Positions 47,203-60,600 of a DNA stretch of 64,000 nucleotides are shown piece after piece. Source of the DNA: Trypanosoma brucei. Lineage: Eukaryota. Every line of letters begins with the position of its first letter. Position 1 is the first letter of the stretch. The stretch spans positions 5,197,802 to 5,261,801 of the forward strand of contig CH464491.1 of NCBI GenBank assembly GCA_000002445.1, in the 5' to 3' direction. The notes beneath the pieces were generated by a model, which ran no database searches, was not told the origin of the DNA, and saw nothing but the letters and a program-made list of their open reading frames with translations. The position numbers and the translations under genes were made by a program.

Positions 47203-48000
47203 CTTTTCAACCTCGGTTCATTTGAACGGCTTTTTCGTCGTCGCCTCCGTGTTGCTGCACACTATGTGCAAGATATACGCAAAAGTTAGTGCATAAGTTG
47301 TCAATTGAGATTGTTCGGGCCACATGGATGTGCGGTGCATGTGCTGGCGCTCTTGAAGCTTCAGAGAGGTAAACTGAAAGGTATGCTATGTTATTGATCA
47401 AGTATAAATATGTATTGTTTTCCGTGCACATGCTAAAAAATAGTGTACGCTATTGCTTTGCTTTACCAAATCTCTGTATTTGACCAAGGAAGTTACCGTG
47501 TGTCTTCTATGATTTCTTCGGGACGGTTATAATGTTGACGTTAAAACTCTTTCAAACTGTGGTACTATTATATACAACCCTTGAGCCCGTTAAGCTCTTT
47601 CACTGTATCTGTTTCCATAAAATGTCATATTTTTGTTAAAAATACTAGACATTTCACTTCTCTAGACTACCATCAATCGAAGTCACCGCGGGAACTGATC
47701 AAGTAGTTTGCAATACCCATTTCTTCACACCTTTGGATGTTTTAGCTTCTAAGTTCGCTTTCAGTTCCAATTTTTCGAGACTTATTGAGACACTGCAGCT
47801 GCACCCCCGCCTCTAGATTCACGTTGATTATTCGTGGCTGTTTCATTCCCCAGTTGCCTGTGTATGGTTTGGTTGGCTTAACCACTGCAGGCCGAGAAGG
47901 TGCAACTCTCTTAATGCGGCGAACCGTATCTAAATAAAATCTAAATGGTTCTGGAGTCTGAACTCCGCTTGGTATCGTGAGCTGTCTATCACATTCTTTA

Positions 48001-48058
48001 CAATAATGATACACTCACAACACTCTCCTATTATTATTATTATTATTTATTATTATTA

Positions 48059-48090
<32 letters not shown>

Positions 48091-48195
48091 CATTATTATT
48101 ATTATTATTATTATCATTATTATTATTATTATTTATTATTATTATTATTTATTATTATTATTATTATTTATTATTATTATTTATTATTATTACTG
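48001..48195 (-). repeat. 70-bp repeat in reverse-complement orientation with a TAA/ATT tract of about 165 bp (48030-48193). It is the last 70-bp repeat and marks the array boundary inside this window.
   Basis: caataatgatacactcacaacactctcctattattattatt(att)n, interrupted by a few tttatt units. Confidence 0.85.
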
Positions 48196-50321
48196 CAGTT
48201 CCCACACAAAGCCATCCGTACATCATGACATTGGTTTCAGGACCCCACAGAATAGCAAAGTGAATGTGGCCGAGGACTAAAACATGTGAGCAACAGGGAA
48301 TTCGTCATGTGGAGTTTTTATGTGTCGTGGGAAAATCATTACCGCATTTCAGCATAGGGAGCAACTGCACTTCTATTTGTTGTTGTAAGTTTACAACTCG
48401 TAAAGAGCATTGCCATTTCAGTACAGGAGAGCTCTTCCATCATTTCTATTGGACACACCGACGCGGATGTTGTTTTGGGGTCTGTCTTTACAATACGGTA
48501 ACAGGTGAACCCATCAAACAAACACAACACATGTTGTAATGGAGGTTCGATAATATCTTGCAGGAAGTTCCGTCCAGAGTGGTATCCAGCCGCAATATCA
48601 ATGGAATGAATTACACCCAGCCATGCGATGGCAAAAAGTAATTATACAGCTCCCAAAAAAGAGAAAAATGTTATACCACACTCACACGAAAAAAAAGCCT
48701 CAATAGTGTATTTTTTTGGGAGGGAACCATCTAAAGAAATTCAAAAGCGATACCCACAGAGTCACCCGATGCGTAAATATCAACTGGGAAAAGGATATTG
48801 CCAGTGTGAGAAAAGTCATAGGGAGGAACCTCTGGAGGAAAGAGGAAAAATCACAGCCATTACCACAAAAGGGAAAAGTGACACCATACTGAAACGACCA
48901 TACGTAATGATAGAACATCCCATAAAGAGAAGAGCACTTCTGACACGCGCAGCGGAAGTAGTTGCAATGGAACACGACATTGACAACATATTATTAATAG
49001 AATTGGGAAAGCACATCTACACAATAGAACTTCCACGAGGCACAGTGCGGTATCTCAGATGTGTGACAACTGCCGTCAGCAAGTCGATTCTTTGAGTGTT
49101 TTTGATGTAAGATATAATTGGAAGGAATGTGCAGCGTCAGTGTGAGGGAAGACGGGACTTATAACAGGGAATACCTTTCCAAATTATTAAGGGCACAACA
49201 TTCCTTGACACTCACAAGGGAAAACAAAGGTGACCTCACGGGAAGAGGAGGAAAAAAAAAGACTTCACCTCTCCAATAGGAAATGAATGTGGGAATGATT
49301 TTCCTTCCGTGGATTTGACAGAGGATGATGCAAGCACCGAGTAAACGATTTGATGAGGTTTGGAGCATTAAGAATAGCACAGATGATGTGGAAAGAGAGA
49401 AACAAAGAGAGAAAGTATCAAACAGGGAATCTGAAATTGCACATTGTGGAAAAAGAAGTCCCAAATAATGAAGCAGCCGCGTATCATTGGCCCAGTTTCA
49501 GAGAGACATACGACAGGATGAGTTGTGTGCTATTCTTTGTGATGGAGGAAACACAGATTTGGAAGAAGGCGTTGATTTATTGCATGACCAAAGGCTAAAA
49601 AGAGCAGGGATGATTGTGAGGCATATGTCCCATTGTGTCACTTTTCCCAGTATCTAAATACTCTCCATGACCAGTCGGTGGCAGTGTTTGATCTAAAGTC
49701 ATTTCTCTCCCAAGTGAAGTTGCCTGAGGATATTCGGGTGAGGTTCCGATACGTTAGCGAAAATGAGGAACTATTGAATTTGAATCAACTCCCCATCAGT
49801 CAATAAAGGAGAATCCTGGAGTTTCACACACCATTACAAAGCTCTTTTTAGAAGACGCCGATGTCGTGAAACTGCAGCAAGCGAACCCTGAAATATTAAG
49901 GACTCAAACATGGATATGCAACATATGTATCAGTGTGAGGCACATGACGTGGTTAAATGTCGTGGAAACAAAATAGTTACGAACGTGAAGAAATGTGGGG
50001 CATACTATCATTGGTGATTTGCAAAGCATGACACAACAATGTGATTTCATTGGAGTTTTAGTTTAACTATGAAAAGCAGACAGTATGGCTGGGACAACGA
50101 AAGTGATACAGCAATTCCGAGTATCCCTTGCTATATGAAAAAAACTACCATAGAATAAATGGAAACTGTTGTATCACGCATGATGTACGCGGCAGCAGGA
50201 GTGAGAAAAAACAATAGCTTTCTCCTTAATAATACTGCTACTTTTTTTTTTTTAATGGTAACGTGATATTTTTAATGACGCAATACGGTCCTGATGCGAC
50301 CCAATAATTTAACCATGCCAC

Positions 50322-50346
50322 CACACACACACACATACACACACAT
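50322..50346 (+). repeat. Short (CA)n-like microsatellite.
   Basis: ccacacacacacacatacacacacatatacatatg. Confidence 0.6.
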
Positions 50347-53300
50347 ATACATATGCGTTACGGCTGACGCAAAAATGGATGTGAAGTTTGGTAAAGAAAA
50401 CACCAGTGAGCAGGTAGCGAGTTGCGGCAACTGTGGCCATGATGGTAACGGATGCTTCCATACAAATATGATGGGGATGGTTTTATAATTCCTCAACTCA
50501 AGAAAGAAGTTCTTAATTGCAAGTGGTGCTTGTGAAACTAGAGCTAACTTGTGAATATTTGCCTTCTGAAAGAGGTTGAAGAGTTTGGTATATGTATGCG
50601 TGAACAACACTACTATGATGCATGTTATTATTTTAAAAAATATGGTAAGAATTGCAACACACATACCAATGCCAATGGTTCATGAGGCTTTAGCCATAGG
50701 GAGAAGGTGCTGTGTGATGGAAGAATTAATTCTGCATGGAGTTACGTGATCTCAGAAAGATAACCACGCGGCTGTCTCCAAAGGGCAAGTAAAGGGGAGC
50801 ACGGGAGGTGAGTAAACTGCGCTTTCAGAAACTTCCGCTTCGTGAGTAATATAAGGAATGGATTAAATATGTGACAATAAAGTTTAATTGAGATATGACT
50901 CATATTTCAGTAAAACTCATTTGTACGAAAACACTCTTATATTTATGGTATATTTTTTCTATTACTATGTTATAGGGAAGTGAGACTTGACTATTCTTGG
51001 CCATCTCTGCCGAAAAACTTCTTGCGCTCAAGTTGTATCGAAAGTATTGATCTTTAAACGATGTTGTTCGGTGGGGAAGGTAAGGTGAAAAAGAGATGTA
51101 GCTGTGTCGCCGACGGCGTTCTGTTTGTTGGAAGCGGTAAAGGGAGGAAAAAACAAACCAACTTGTCAGATGGGAGTGGCTTTCAGGAAAACCTGTACAG
51201 TTGAAACTGGGGAAGGGAAAGTTACAGAAGGATAAAACAAATTGTGTAATCGAATTCGTCGCTGATGATAAAACAAACGAACGGAGTTCACCACCCTGAA
51301 ACCATAGCTGCGTCTTCCCACGCAACGTACGGCTTAAATATGTAAGGCCGACGCTGCTGACATAAAGAAAAGCATTGTTGCGCAGGAGACGCCCATGGCC
51401 GTGGCATTTAACTGACGCTAAGCGAGCGAAAGAACTATGCCAAACTCGAGAGCACAACAGTTACGGCTGATGGAACTCACGAAAGTGAGTGATCGCAGGA
51501 GCTTGCTGAGTTCAGGAACGTCAATGCCAACGGCAGCATTCACTCGACACACGGAAGAAATAAGCAAAACAAGAGATGCTGTGCACAAGCCATATGCCAA
51601 AGCCGAACGCAGCCATTGTTGTCATGACGTCAAGTGGGAAAGAGAGCCAACGGCAACTTGCAAATGCAGCGAAATAAGGATCGTTGAGAAACGACTTGCC
51701 GTGGACACCATGGGCGAAAGTTCACAGGCGCGGGAAACACCGGCGCTAGATTCGGTGACGAGGCGTATGGTAAAAACCGTCACGCTATCGTGGCGAAGGC
51801 ATAGGAATGACCACGATGTGGGCGAGAGAACTGGGAAGAGGTGCAAAATGTAAGGAAATTCTTGAGAGCGTGCGAATTCTGCAAAGGTAAAAAGGACAGC
51901 AGTCGTTGACATCGGGAACAGAAGGAAGACGCGAGCACAGCTGAAGAAGTGAAAAGATGTCGAAACCTTCAGGAGTTAAAAGTGTTTGGAAAGGGACAAG
52001 GCGGAGAAAATATCAGTAGTCGCCGGGAGAAAATGCAGTGGCCGTCGTCGGACTGGTCTAGTTCGCACCGCCATAATAACAACCCATATACTGACTTTCC
52101 GAAGAATGATGACGATGACAGCGAAAAACTCTTTTCAAACCTTGTCTTCCGCAATTTCCTGATATTTTCGTTCCCCCCACATAACCTGTAGAAGACCATG
52201 ACTTGAGGTGAAAACCAGTTACACATGGGACGTTCTCGCGTCATTCCTCGTACCGGTTATTTCCATCATGTACTGCGAGGGCCATTGCACAGCACATCAT
52301 CATCCGTTGATAGATGTTGTGGCTGAACCCCGTGCCCGGCTGTTTTGAAACGTTATGTCGGCCACCGTATACCCGATTCCTCCTTTGTTATTGTTTTCGT
52401 TCGTGTAAAAACGTCGATACAGATGCAATTAGCGGCTCCGGTGCGACAGCTAGATCAACCGATCGTATTTCGTACTCGCTTGTCTTTTTTTTTTTTTGCG
52501 AAACCTTCAACACACCGATCCCATCCTTTGCCAATCTCCACGCTTATGAACCCTTAGGAGGCCATGCCATATCAATCTTCCAACACCCAGTCATCACTGT
52601 GGATTCCGCCTCCGGGCCTGATGATAACGTTTACTACAAAATGTGGCAGCTACCCTTTTCTCGCGCAGTTATTTGCTTAGGTGATCCTTTTCGGGGAGGA
52701 GAGTTCCCCGGAATTCCGCTGCGACTCACTTGAGATCATACCTGCGTCCTGCTCAACACCACCGATCTCAACATTGAGAGCGCTCTAAAGATACCGAAAG
52801 AATCATGTTTGCACACGTGGAGGATCACGCCGATACTTCCCACCATCCCGAAAACCGACGGTTTCGCCGCTTTCCCTTCTCCCCCTGGCAGTCCGTTACC
52901 GTCCGACTGCCGCAATCCTTAAGACGGGATGCGCGCGAACATTTAATCTCGTCCCCTCTCGAAGATGCACCGGATTCCGACATCGCAATGAGGTGTGTTC
53001 AACACTCTGCCATGGGAGTTTGCTCATTAAACGAACTGGTCGAAGCGCTTCCCCAATTCACAGACAACTCAGATAAATGCACACTTTCATTAAAGGTGTA
53101 GCAGAAAAAATGACTAATGCTTGGCATGCTTCCGTCCAGCATGAAAGCTGTGTACCTTCTATCTCCCTTGATCATGCCGAAGGGTCCGTCAGTTGGTTTC
53201 AAATATAAGTACTGCCATGCCGCAGAAATACGCAACAATAGGCAACTCTTCCGCATCACAATGCAATAACTTGTAGAGGATGAAAGAACCAAAATTCTGA

Positions 53301-56300
53301 GATTTGCCAATCCCAAGGTTAACAATGGCAGCGTATGATCGTGGAAAATAAAGACATTCCGGTAAAGCACGCTGTGTACGCCATAATTCAATTCCACTCC
53401 TTACAACATTCCATACACAGAGCTCTTCTCTACGGATGAATATGTTTTTGTTACTTCCGTCGGTAAACTTGGCTTATTATCACCCCATTTGAGATGTTAG
53501 AACCATTGCTTCAACTTCTTCCCTGCACTCTGGTTTCTTCTCAACAGCTTCCTCAATTTTGGGGACAACATTAACTTCTTCATCCTTCCACATTACATTG
53601 CCACCACGCGTTCTATCTACAAACTCCATCCCGAGCAGTTGAGTTTCGTTATCCATTATAATGTGACTCCACTTTGCATTGCATACGGAGCCATATAAAC
53701 TGAAAACATTATCACCTCTTGCTTCACGTCCCCTCAGATGCTTTTCTCACAGAATGAGTGTTTTTTTTGTCCTGAAGCAAAATGTTGAGTATTGCTCTTG
53801 ATGAAAATATTTGCTTTACTTTTCTAACTAATTCGGCTTCTTAGTGTTTCTTTGTAAAGGATACAGAAGCTTTACTACAAAGGGATTCCTGTACTAAAGC
53901 ACGCACACAGTTACTCAGGTAGAACAGTTATAAATTTCAAATAATTTTAATAAGCTTTCCACACACAGTTTTCTATCCAATGAAATTATTTCCACACTGC
54001 TCCACTGCAGCATTTTGTGGCCATTAAAAAAAAAAATAGTTTTGGCGCTTCCTCAGGTATTCACTGACATTTCCCACCCCTTTCAACGCATGTTGAAAAA
54101 CACATGCCTCAACACCGTCACGCCTTAGCGTTATTAAATCTATTTTCATGCCTCCAAGGACTATACAGCATGAGACTCTATTTTCAAACATATTAATTGA
54201 TCCACGACATTTGGTATTTTATTCATTTCATCTGACTGTCGCTTTTCCTCATTCTCTGAGTTCGCAAACATCACTGAGCTAATTCCGTGCAAACGTACAC
54301 ATGTAGCTTCAAGGTAATATATGTTTATCACTGTTGTGTTCTTTCGTATTTCTTTGTTGGCTGCTGGTGCCCAGTAAGTTCCTATCATAAAATATGTACC
54401 TTCTCACAAGACACAACAATAATGGTCATGATAAAGGTTCTGAATTCCCTGTATTAAATTTTGGACGCTGATGTGAGGAATGGATTCAAAAACAAACAAA
54501 CAAATAAACAAACTGAAGCCTCCTGTTCGTAAATGAAGGGTTTTGTGCTCACATCGTTGGAGAGTGTCGACACTAGGAGATATACTTTTCTCGCTTTGCA
54601 GTGTGTGTTTCACTACAGCTTCCGTTCGCTCCGCCATATGGGAAAATAAATTGTTTTGGATATTTGAGTCTGCGCCGCCTTCCCCACTCAAAGCACCTTG
54701 CATAATGAGTATTATTGTGGTGAATTTTGAGTTCTCATGAGGATTTCACACTTCACACGCGCAAAAAAAAATTGTTACGATGACTCGCTTACTGTTGCAC
54801 ACATGGAAATGGTGGGTGCGATAGAGGCTTCCCTTAATTTGTGTCATTTTCGTGAGAGTTGAGTTTTAAGCAACATTGTGCCTCCTAAACCTCGATACGC
54901 ATTTGAAAAAGTGAGATTAAAATAAAAAAAAAGACTCACTGTTTGATACAGAAAGTAAGAGAACTTGGCATTTAATAATAATTATTATTGAACACACATT
55001 CATATGTTAATTTTTTTTCCATCACCGTTAGGAACGTAACACTCATACGTTAAAGAACCACCAATACGCAAATATTTCCATACGCTACTTCACTGCCTTC
55101 AAAGCGCTGCCCAATTGGTTTTGAATGTAAGTGCAATACAAAAATGACATTTCCCTCGTGATTCTAGCGGTTTCAAAGTGATAGCAGCAACCTGTAACTC
55201 ATACAGAAATGGAAAACCAACCACCTATGATATCGTCCGCAAGAAATGTGTTGAAGTGGAAAAACAGTAATTGCTTTACAGCGTAATGCACAATACATCC
55301 GCCGTCCGCCAACTACTGTCATCATAGTAATCCCATGGACGCGTCGCTGGGGAGTCTGCAGAAATATCTCCGTTCTTTTTTGGTTCGGTGGGAAACAATA
55401 GCGCGCAATAACAAGTTCACTGACAAAAGTCAACCTTTTTATTTTATGGAAAAAAATCACCACCTAAAGTCAGCCTGTTTCACTATTTCCTTACCTGCGT
55501 CTCGTCGTTGGAAACCACGTTCCCAAAGAACAACGCGTATCCCTTATCAAATTTGAGGAACGGACGAACGCCACGCACGTCTAAAAATTGAACGGTAATA
55601 AATGCGGCCACGTGGCAGCTTAGCATCCACAATGCTCCAATCTATTTCTCAGCATCATCAAACACCACCATCTAAACCGTATAGCAGCCGGTTTTTTCCC
55701 TCTGGAGTAAGCGGAATACTTCAACTTCCTATTAACGCAACAACATTTAGAAAATGTATAGCATTCAAAGTAAAAGATTCATAGTTACAAGAAAGAAAAC
55801 AAAATCCAAGTCTTGGTTCCTATTACAGCCAAGCTTTGCTTAAATACACGAACACACAACTAACCATGGAGATAAAAAACGAGTGCTCGTACCAAATTTA
55901 CCAAAATCCCCCATTTTGCAGTCGCATCACTATTGTTTGTTATTGTTTCTGTGCTGAAAAGGTAATTACTTCGAAAACTGATTGCAGAAAGTGTACACTC
56001 TTCGTTTAGATAAATAGACCGCAACAACAAGCTTAAAAAAAAAAAACACAACAAGTACACACACTAGGGGTACCCGTTTTGGTAGTTTACCTTAGATAAT
56101 TCATCGTATACCGTCAAGCATCGCTTTAACAGTCCTTCATATCTTTTTAAGAATTGCCTGATTTAGCAAATTTTTCTCAATCAGTTAAGGATCTTTATAT
56201 AACTGTACCCTCAGCAGTTCGCCAACCCATTCGTTGCTCGATTAAATCATTTATGTCTTTATGTGTTACTCGTAACAAGCACTGTCTAAAAAATACTTAA

Positions 56301-56840
56301 ATATTCACAGATACGATTTCCAATTTGGTGGTCGAGGAATTTTGTGTTGCCATCACATTTTAAGTTTGTGATGCCGCCACACCTTTCACCGAGACCTTAC
56401 CCATTTTCTTCATGGTGCGTTTCCCTCTGGGTGCCAACCAGTTCCCGTTACATATCTTAAAAAATAAATCACCCACTATTTCCTCAGTAGCATTGAGGTT
56501 AAGTTCACTATTCTCATGGCCAATTTTCTTACGGGCGTTCACCGTTTTCTGGTTTGCATTTGTGTCACTTCAAATACTGGTGACCTTTTGCTTATACAAT
56601 GAAGGACATTGATTTACTTTTCCCCTCTTCCAGTCACTCGCTCCACTTCTGTAACCTATTTATAATTATATTGGAGTTATTCGATCCTTTTATCATGTGT
56701 CAGCACAAAGCTACATACACATGCCCTTTGGTGGAAAAAGTAGCAGCTTAGTCACCTATTCTTACCCTTAGTTCTACCTCGACAAACTCTCACTTTATTC
56801 ATTGGTTGTATGCCTATGTATCAGCGCAAGGCAATGATTT

Positions 56841-57656
56841 TCAGGAGAACACAACACTTAATCCTGCGTAGAGTAATATCGCATACCTTTTGCGACTCGC
56901 ACCGTTTCCCCTCGGTACACTTTCACTTAAGGACGAGGGTTCACCCACATCGTCCAAGGCCACCTCTGAAGGTCTACTCACTTCATGCTCGGACATTCCG
57001 TTTCGCAGTGGCAACGCTACGTAGCTTTCATACTGCCTCGACGTTTGCTGCTGCGAAATCTCCTTTCCTTCCTCATCGACTGATCGTTTGCTCACGGTTT
57101 TCACCCCTTGTGTGCTTCCTTGGTTAACCACCGAGACTGCACCTCGTGGTGCAGGATGTGCATCATGGCTGTAGTTACGATTTTTTGCTTGTATTCCTAA
57201 AATATCCTCTCTGTTCTTCCCTCCTTTGCCCTCATCGTCCTCGCCATGTTGTTTTTTTGTTCTTTCTGACTTTTGTGCTGATCTATATGTGCTTTCCTCA
57301 CCTGCAACAACAGGTGCCCCACTCGCCTCTGGTTGGTGTAATACTTCAACCACTGTACCATCCTCGTTCTCAAGATCGCTTGCCTTAGGGCTGACTTTTT
57401 CACTACTTTTATTCTCACTTTCACCTCCTTCACTCCTTTCATCGGGTATACTGCCATGGGTCAAAGGTCCCACCATCGGCTGAGTTTCGTGTTTTGGAGT
57501 TATCTTTCCCCGTGCCAACTGTTCTGCTGTAGGAGCGAAGTACTCTCTCGGCCCTTCGTCTCCATATGTGACCTGCACGTCCGGTTGTCGTGTGAAAACA
57601 ACACTGGGGTTACACGTCCTCAGCGTCAAAAAAATGACTGCTGCAATTTTAAGCAT
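56841..57656 (-). CDS. Hypothetical protein of 271 aa with an N-terminal signal-peptide-like segment, an acidic Ser/Glu/Gly-rich low-complexity body and a C-terminal hydrophobic tail. It could be a GPI-anchored or type I surface protein. It is the largest ORF in the non-VSG part of the window.
   Basis: MLKIAAVIFLTLRTCNPSVVF... ...SRKRYAILLYAGLSVVFS*. No recognisable family. Codon bias could not be assessed against a reference. It lies in a region that otherwise lacks long ORFs. Confidence 0.3.
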   Translation of the reverse strand: MLKIAAVIFLTLRTCNPSVVFTRQPDVQVTYGDEGPREYFAPTAEQLARGKITPKHETQPMVGPLTHGSIPDERSEGGESENKSSEKVSPKASDLENEDGTVVEVLHQPEASGAPVVAGEESTYRSAQKSERTKKQHGEDDEGKGGKNREDILGIQAKNRNYSHDAHPAPRGAVSVVNQGSTQGVKTVSKRSVDEEGKEISQQQTSRQYESYVALPLRNGMSEHEVSRPSEVALDDVGEPSSLSESVPRGNGASRKRYAILLYAGLSVVFS

Positions 57657-60600
57657 TGTTTTACTTCACAAGCTGCTACTACACAAGTGTATACGGAACC
57701 TTACAAGAAGTATCATAATAAATTACCAAGGGCATAAAGAAGAGTTTCGCAAAAACAAATTTTGATATGCACGCCTGTCATCACCTCCACATAGTGCTTA
57801 GGAATTTTAAGCCCATCGGTGGCGATATACAGATTCTCTGAAATTTGCTCAATACATGGAGAAGCACAGACTTACACCATGCGAGTCACGCATATCACTT
57901 AAGTTGTAATATCAAAGAAAGCATAAGAGCATCTCCCAGTAATCACACACATACAATCATAACAATGTTTTAAGTATCATTTGCTTCACTGTGTTACAGC
58001 ATTCCGGGATTTTTTTCCCCAGAAAAATGTTTCGAATGAGCTGGGAACGGAGAAAGGTGGATGTTATTGAACCACCACCGCTCAGAATAATGCAAATAAG
58101 ACACGGTTCAAAGTCTTCTCATTTTCATTTTAATATGAAATTGGAGTAAGATAAAAAGCGGCTAAGCGAGGCGTAATACTCAACGGTCTCAAACACAGAC
58201 ATTGTCCACACCAGCAATCTGTGTTCCATTTTCTCCTTCATTGGACGCTTAATCTTCACATGCATCAACGAAACCTCATTGACAGCCCACCCTCATTGGA
58301 TAACTTTCTCTCGCTAATAACCGAACGGTTTCCCGCCGCAGTGCTCTCTTACGTTTCTGTCTCTTCACCGGTGCTCAAACCTTGGGTTTTGATGCTGCAG
58401 CTGCCGCATAGATACACTTTTTCTGAGGAACAGTTCCAACCGCCATATACACGCCAACGGGTTGCTTTGCTAGCATCCTCGCGTCCGTTATTTTCAGTGG
58501 ACAACGGCGCTTACCTATTGATGTTTCGGTTTTTGGTTTACTAAAAGGGGGATGGAGCACTTGTCGGTTCACTTCAAGCGTTTTTTTTTTGTCAAGGAAC
58601 GCATTTGTAATATGTCCTGCAGTGCTGTGATGTGACAATATCATTGTTACAAAGCAGTCGGTATTGTATGCATTCCATATCATTATCAGAATATTAGGCT
58701 TCAAAACTTATTGGATCCACTTCTTTCCACTGTCCAGTCTCTTTGGTCCTGTATCACATATCTTTCGCCTTATGGTGTACATCTCAAAAAGGCCGGCACA
58801 GTTCGTAAAAAAAAAAAGTAAGACAACGCATGTTCCCACATCCGGGATTGCTATTCAGACCTTTCGCCCATATATTTCCTGCGATCATGAATGACAATAA
58901 GGGCCTACAAAGGTCCCTAAAACGTCATGCCTGTTATCTTCGCAGTGTCAGTTACGTTAAGATCCCCATTTGCTCAACTTTCCCTCTCTAACAAGGAGCC
59001 ACACATCCGTTGCGTTAGACGTGGATTCACGCTAAACGCCATGAGCGGAGGATGAGACGTTCACGCTCCCCTCCTTCATCCTCAAGAATAATGTACTGAC
59101 ATACAATCCGGTAGCGCCACTTTTGCACTGGAGGCATTCCCTCGAGTTTGGTGTAGACCGCCGCTTGCTCGAGAGAGCTGACGGCAAACTTCCACCAGAA
59201 GAGATATTATTGTTGCGCACCGGCTCGCTCAAGCACGCGTTCTTTCCTTCTGGCGACAACCCTTCCGTTGAGTTTCTACGTTCCAACGGCCACAGCGACA
59301 AGTCAATACAACTCGACATTATTAGTCGATTTCTCTAGGGAATGAAAAAGCAGTTTTCCTTCAGTGAAGGCATTTTTCAGCAGTCTTCTCTAGACGAAGT
59401 TCATCGATTACGAAGATAAGTCAGCTTTCGCGCAGCACCTTTGCTTAGCTCCTACCGCTTTCAGAACCAAGCCTCACCCCCATCAGTTGGCGGGAAGCTC
59501 CCCAAACCACTTCTGCTAACTCAGGGCGTGAAAACGGTTAAAATGGTCAGTCATCGGCTCCTGGAATGTTCACTGGCTGGCCCGTCCGTGTGCTTTGGAT
59601 CCCTTTTCTTTACATTTCCGTTAAGTAGCGCATCCGCAGGTGCTTCGACATCAGCCCGCCCATGCGCAGCCCAAGTTGAGGTTGGCGATGGACGCAGTGC
59701 GACAACTAACTTGAAAGGAAGTTTTTTTCTCTAGAGAAAGCAAGCGGCACCCTAGGTTTCTCTATTTACATTCGCCGAACAGTCTCAAGATATACCCACC
59801 GCTCGTCCTTTTTACAAAGTTTTCATCGGTGTCTATTTTCAGTCGCGATCAGCCCTCTGTTTTTGCAGGCAGTGTGATGCCTTTGTTTTCAGCAGCCTTT
59901 TGGACATCCTCGTCACGAACGGCAAGTGTATTGGTGCCCTTGAGTTCGTCCGCTTCCTTTATCGATTTCTTCTTCTTCAAAAAAAGAAAATGCTGACGAG
60001 GCTTCGTAGCACATTGTTTCCGAAAACTTAGCTGATCTATCCCCTTTCCCACAAAAATTTGGCGACGCGGAACTCACAGTGCGCGGAGCCTTCCATGGCG
60101 CTTCGTACTGCCGCACCGAAGGCGATCCGTCTTTTGAATGCTGTTTGAGGTCTTCGCCACTTTCCAGTGTGTCGCACCGCATCCTTTAATGTCGGTAATA
60201 GCGGGGAGAGGGTACGGGCTTCCAATTAATGTGTCGGGTTTGAGCTCTGTCACCGGCGACTGCAAAGCCACCATCAAGCTACAAGTGCGATGTCAGGATT
60301 TCAACCTTAACCCTTTGGTACGCAGAAGCCCTGGTTACGTTAGTGTGAGTACGCATCTGCCCTAATAATTGTTGGGCACTCGATCTAGTTCACTTGCCCC
60401 CAACCCTTCCGTGCTTGCGTCAGGGGTTGTCCAAAGCATCCAGAGGTCACTGAGGGTCGGTTGCCGCTTGCGGGCGCAAGTGTAGCAGTCGTGCCTTTCA
60501 AAGGTTTCGCCGCCTTCTGGCCCCCGAATATCTCCGTGCTGTGCCGAACGAGCGTCGACACTCCGTGAGCTTTCATTTTAGAATAGCGAGCGTTAATGGG

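Noticed and set aside
48628-49095. ORF of 155 aa (..HDIDNILLIELGKHIYTIELPRGTVRYLRC..) and neighbouring purine-rich ORFs at 49350-49598 and 51437-51853.
   Set aside because: Considered as possible retroelement (DIRE or reverse-transcriptase-like) remnants, but no FADD/YXDD, endonuclease or zinc-finger motifs are recognisable. They are left as part of the unresolved region in the 48.2-64 kb finding.
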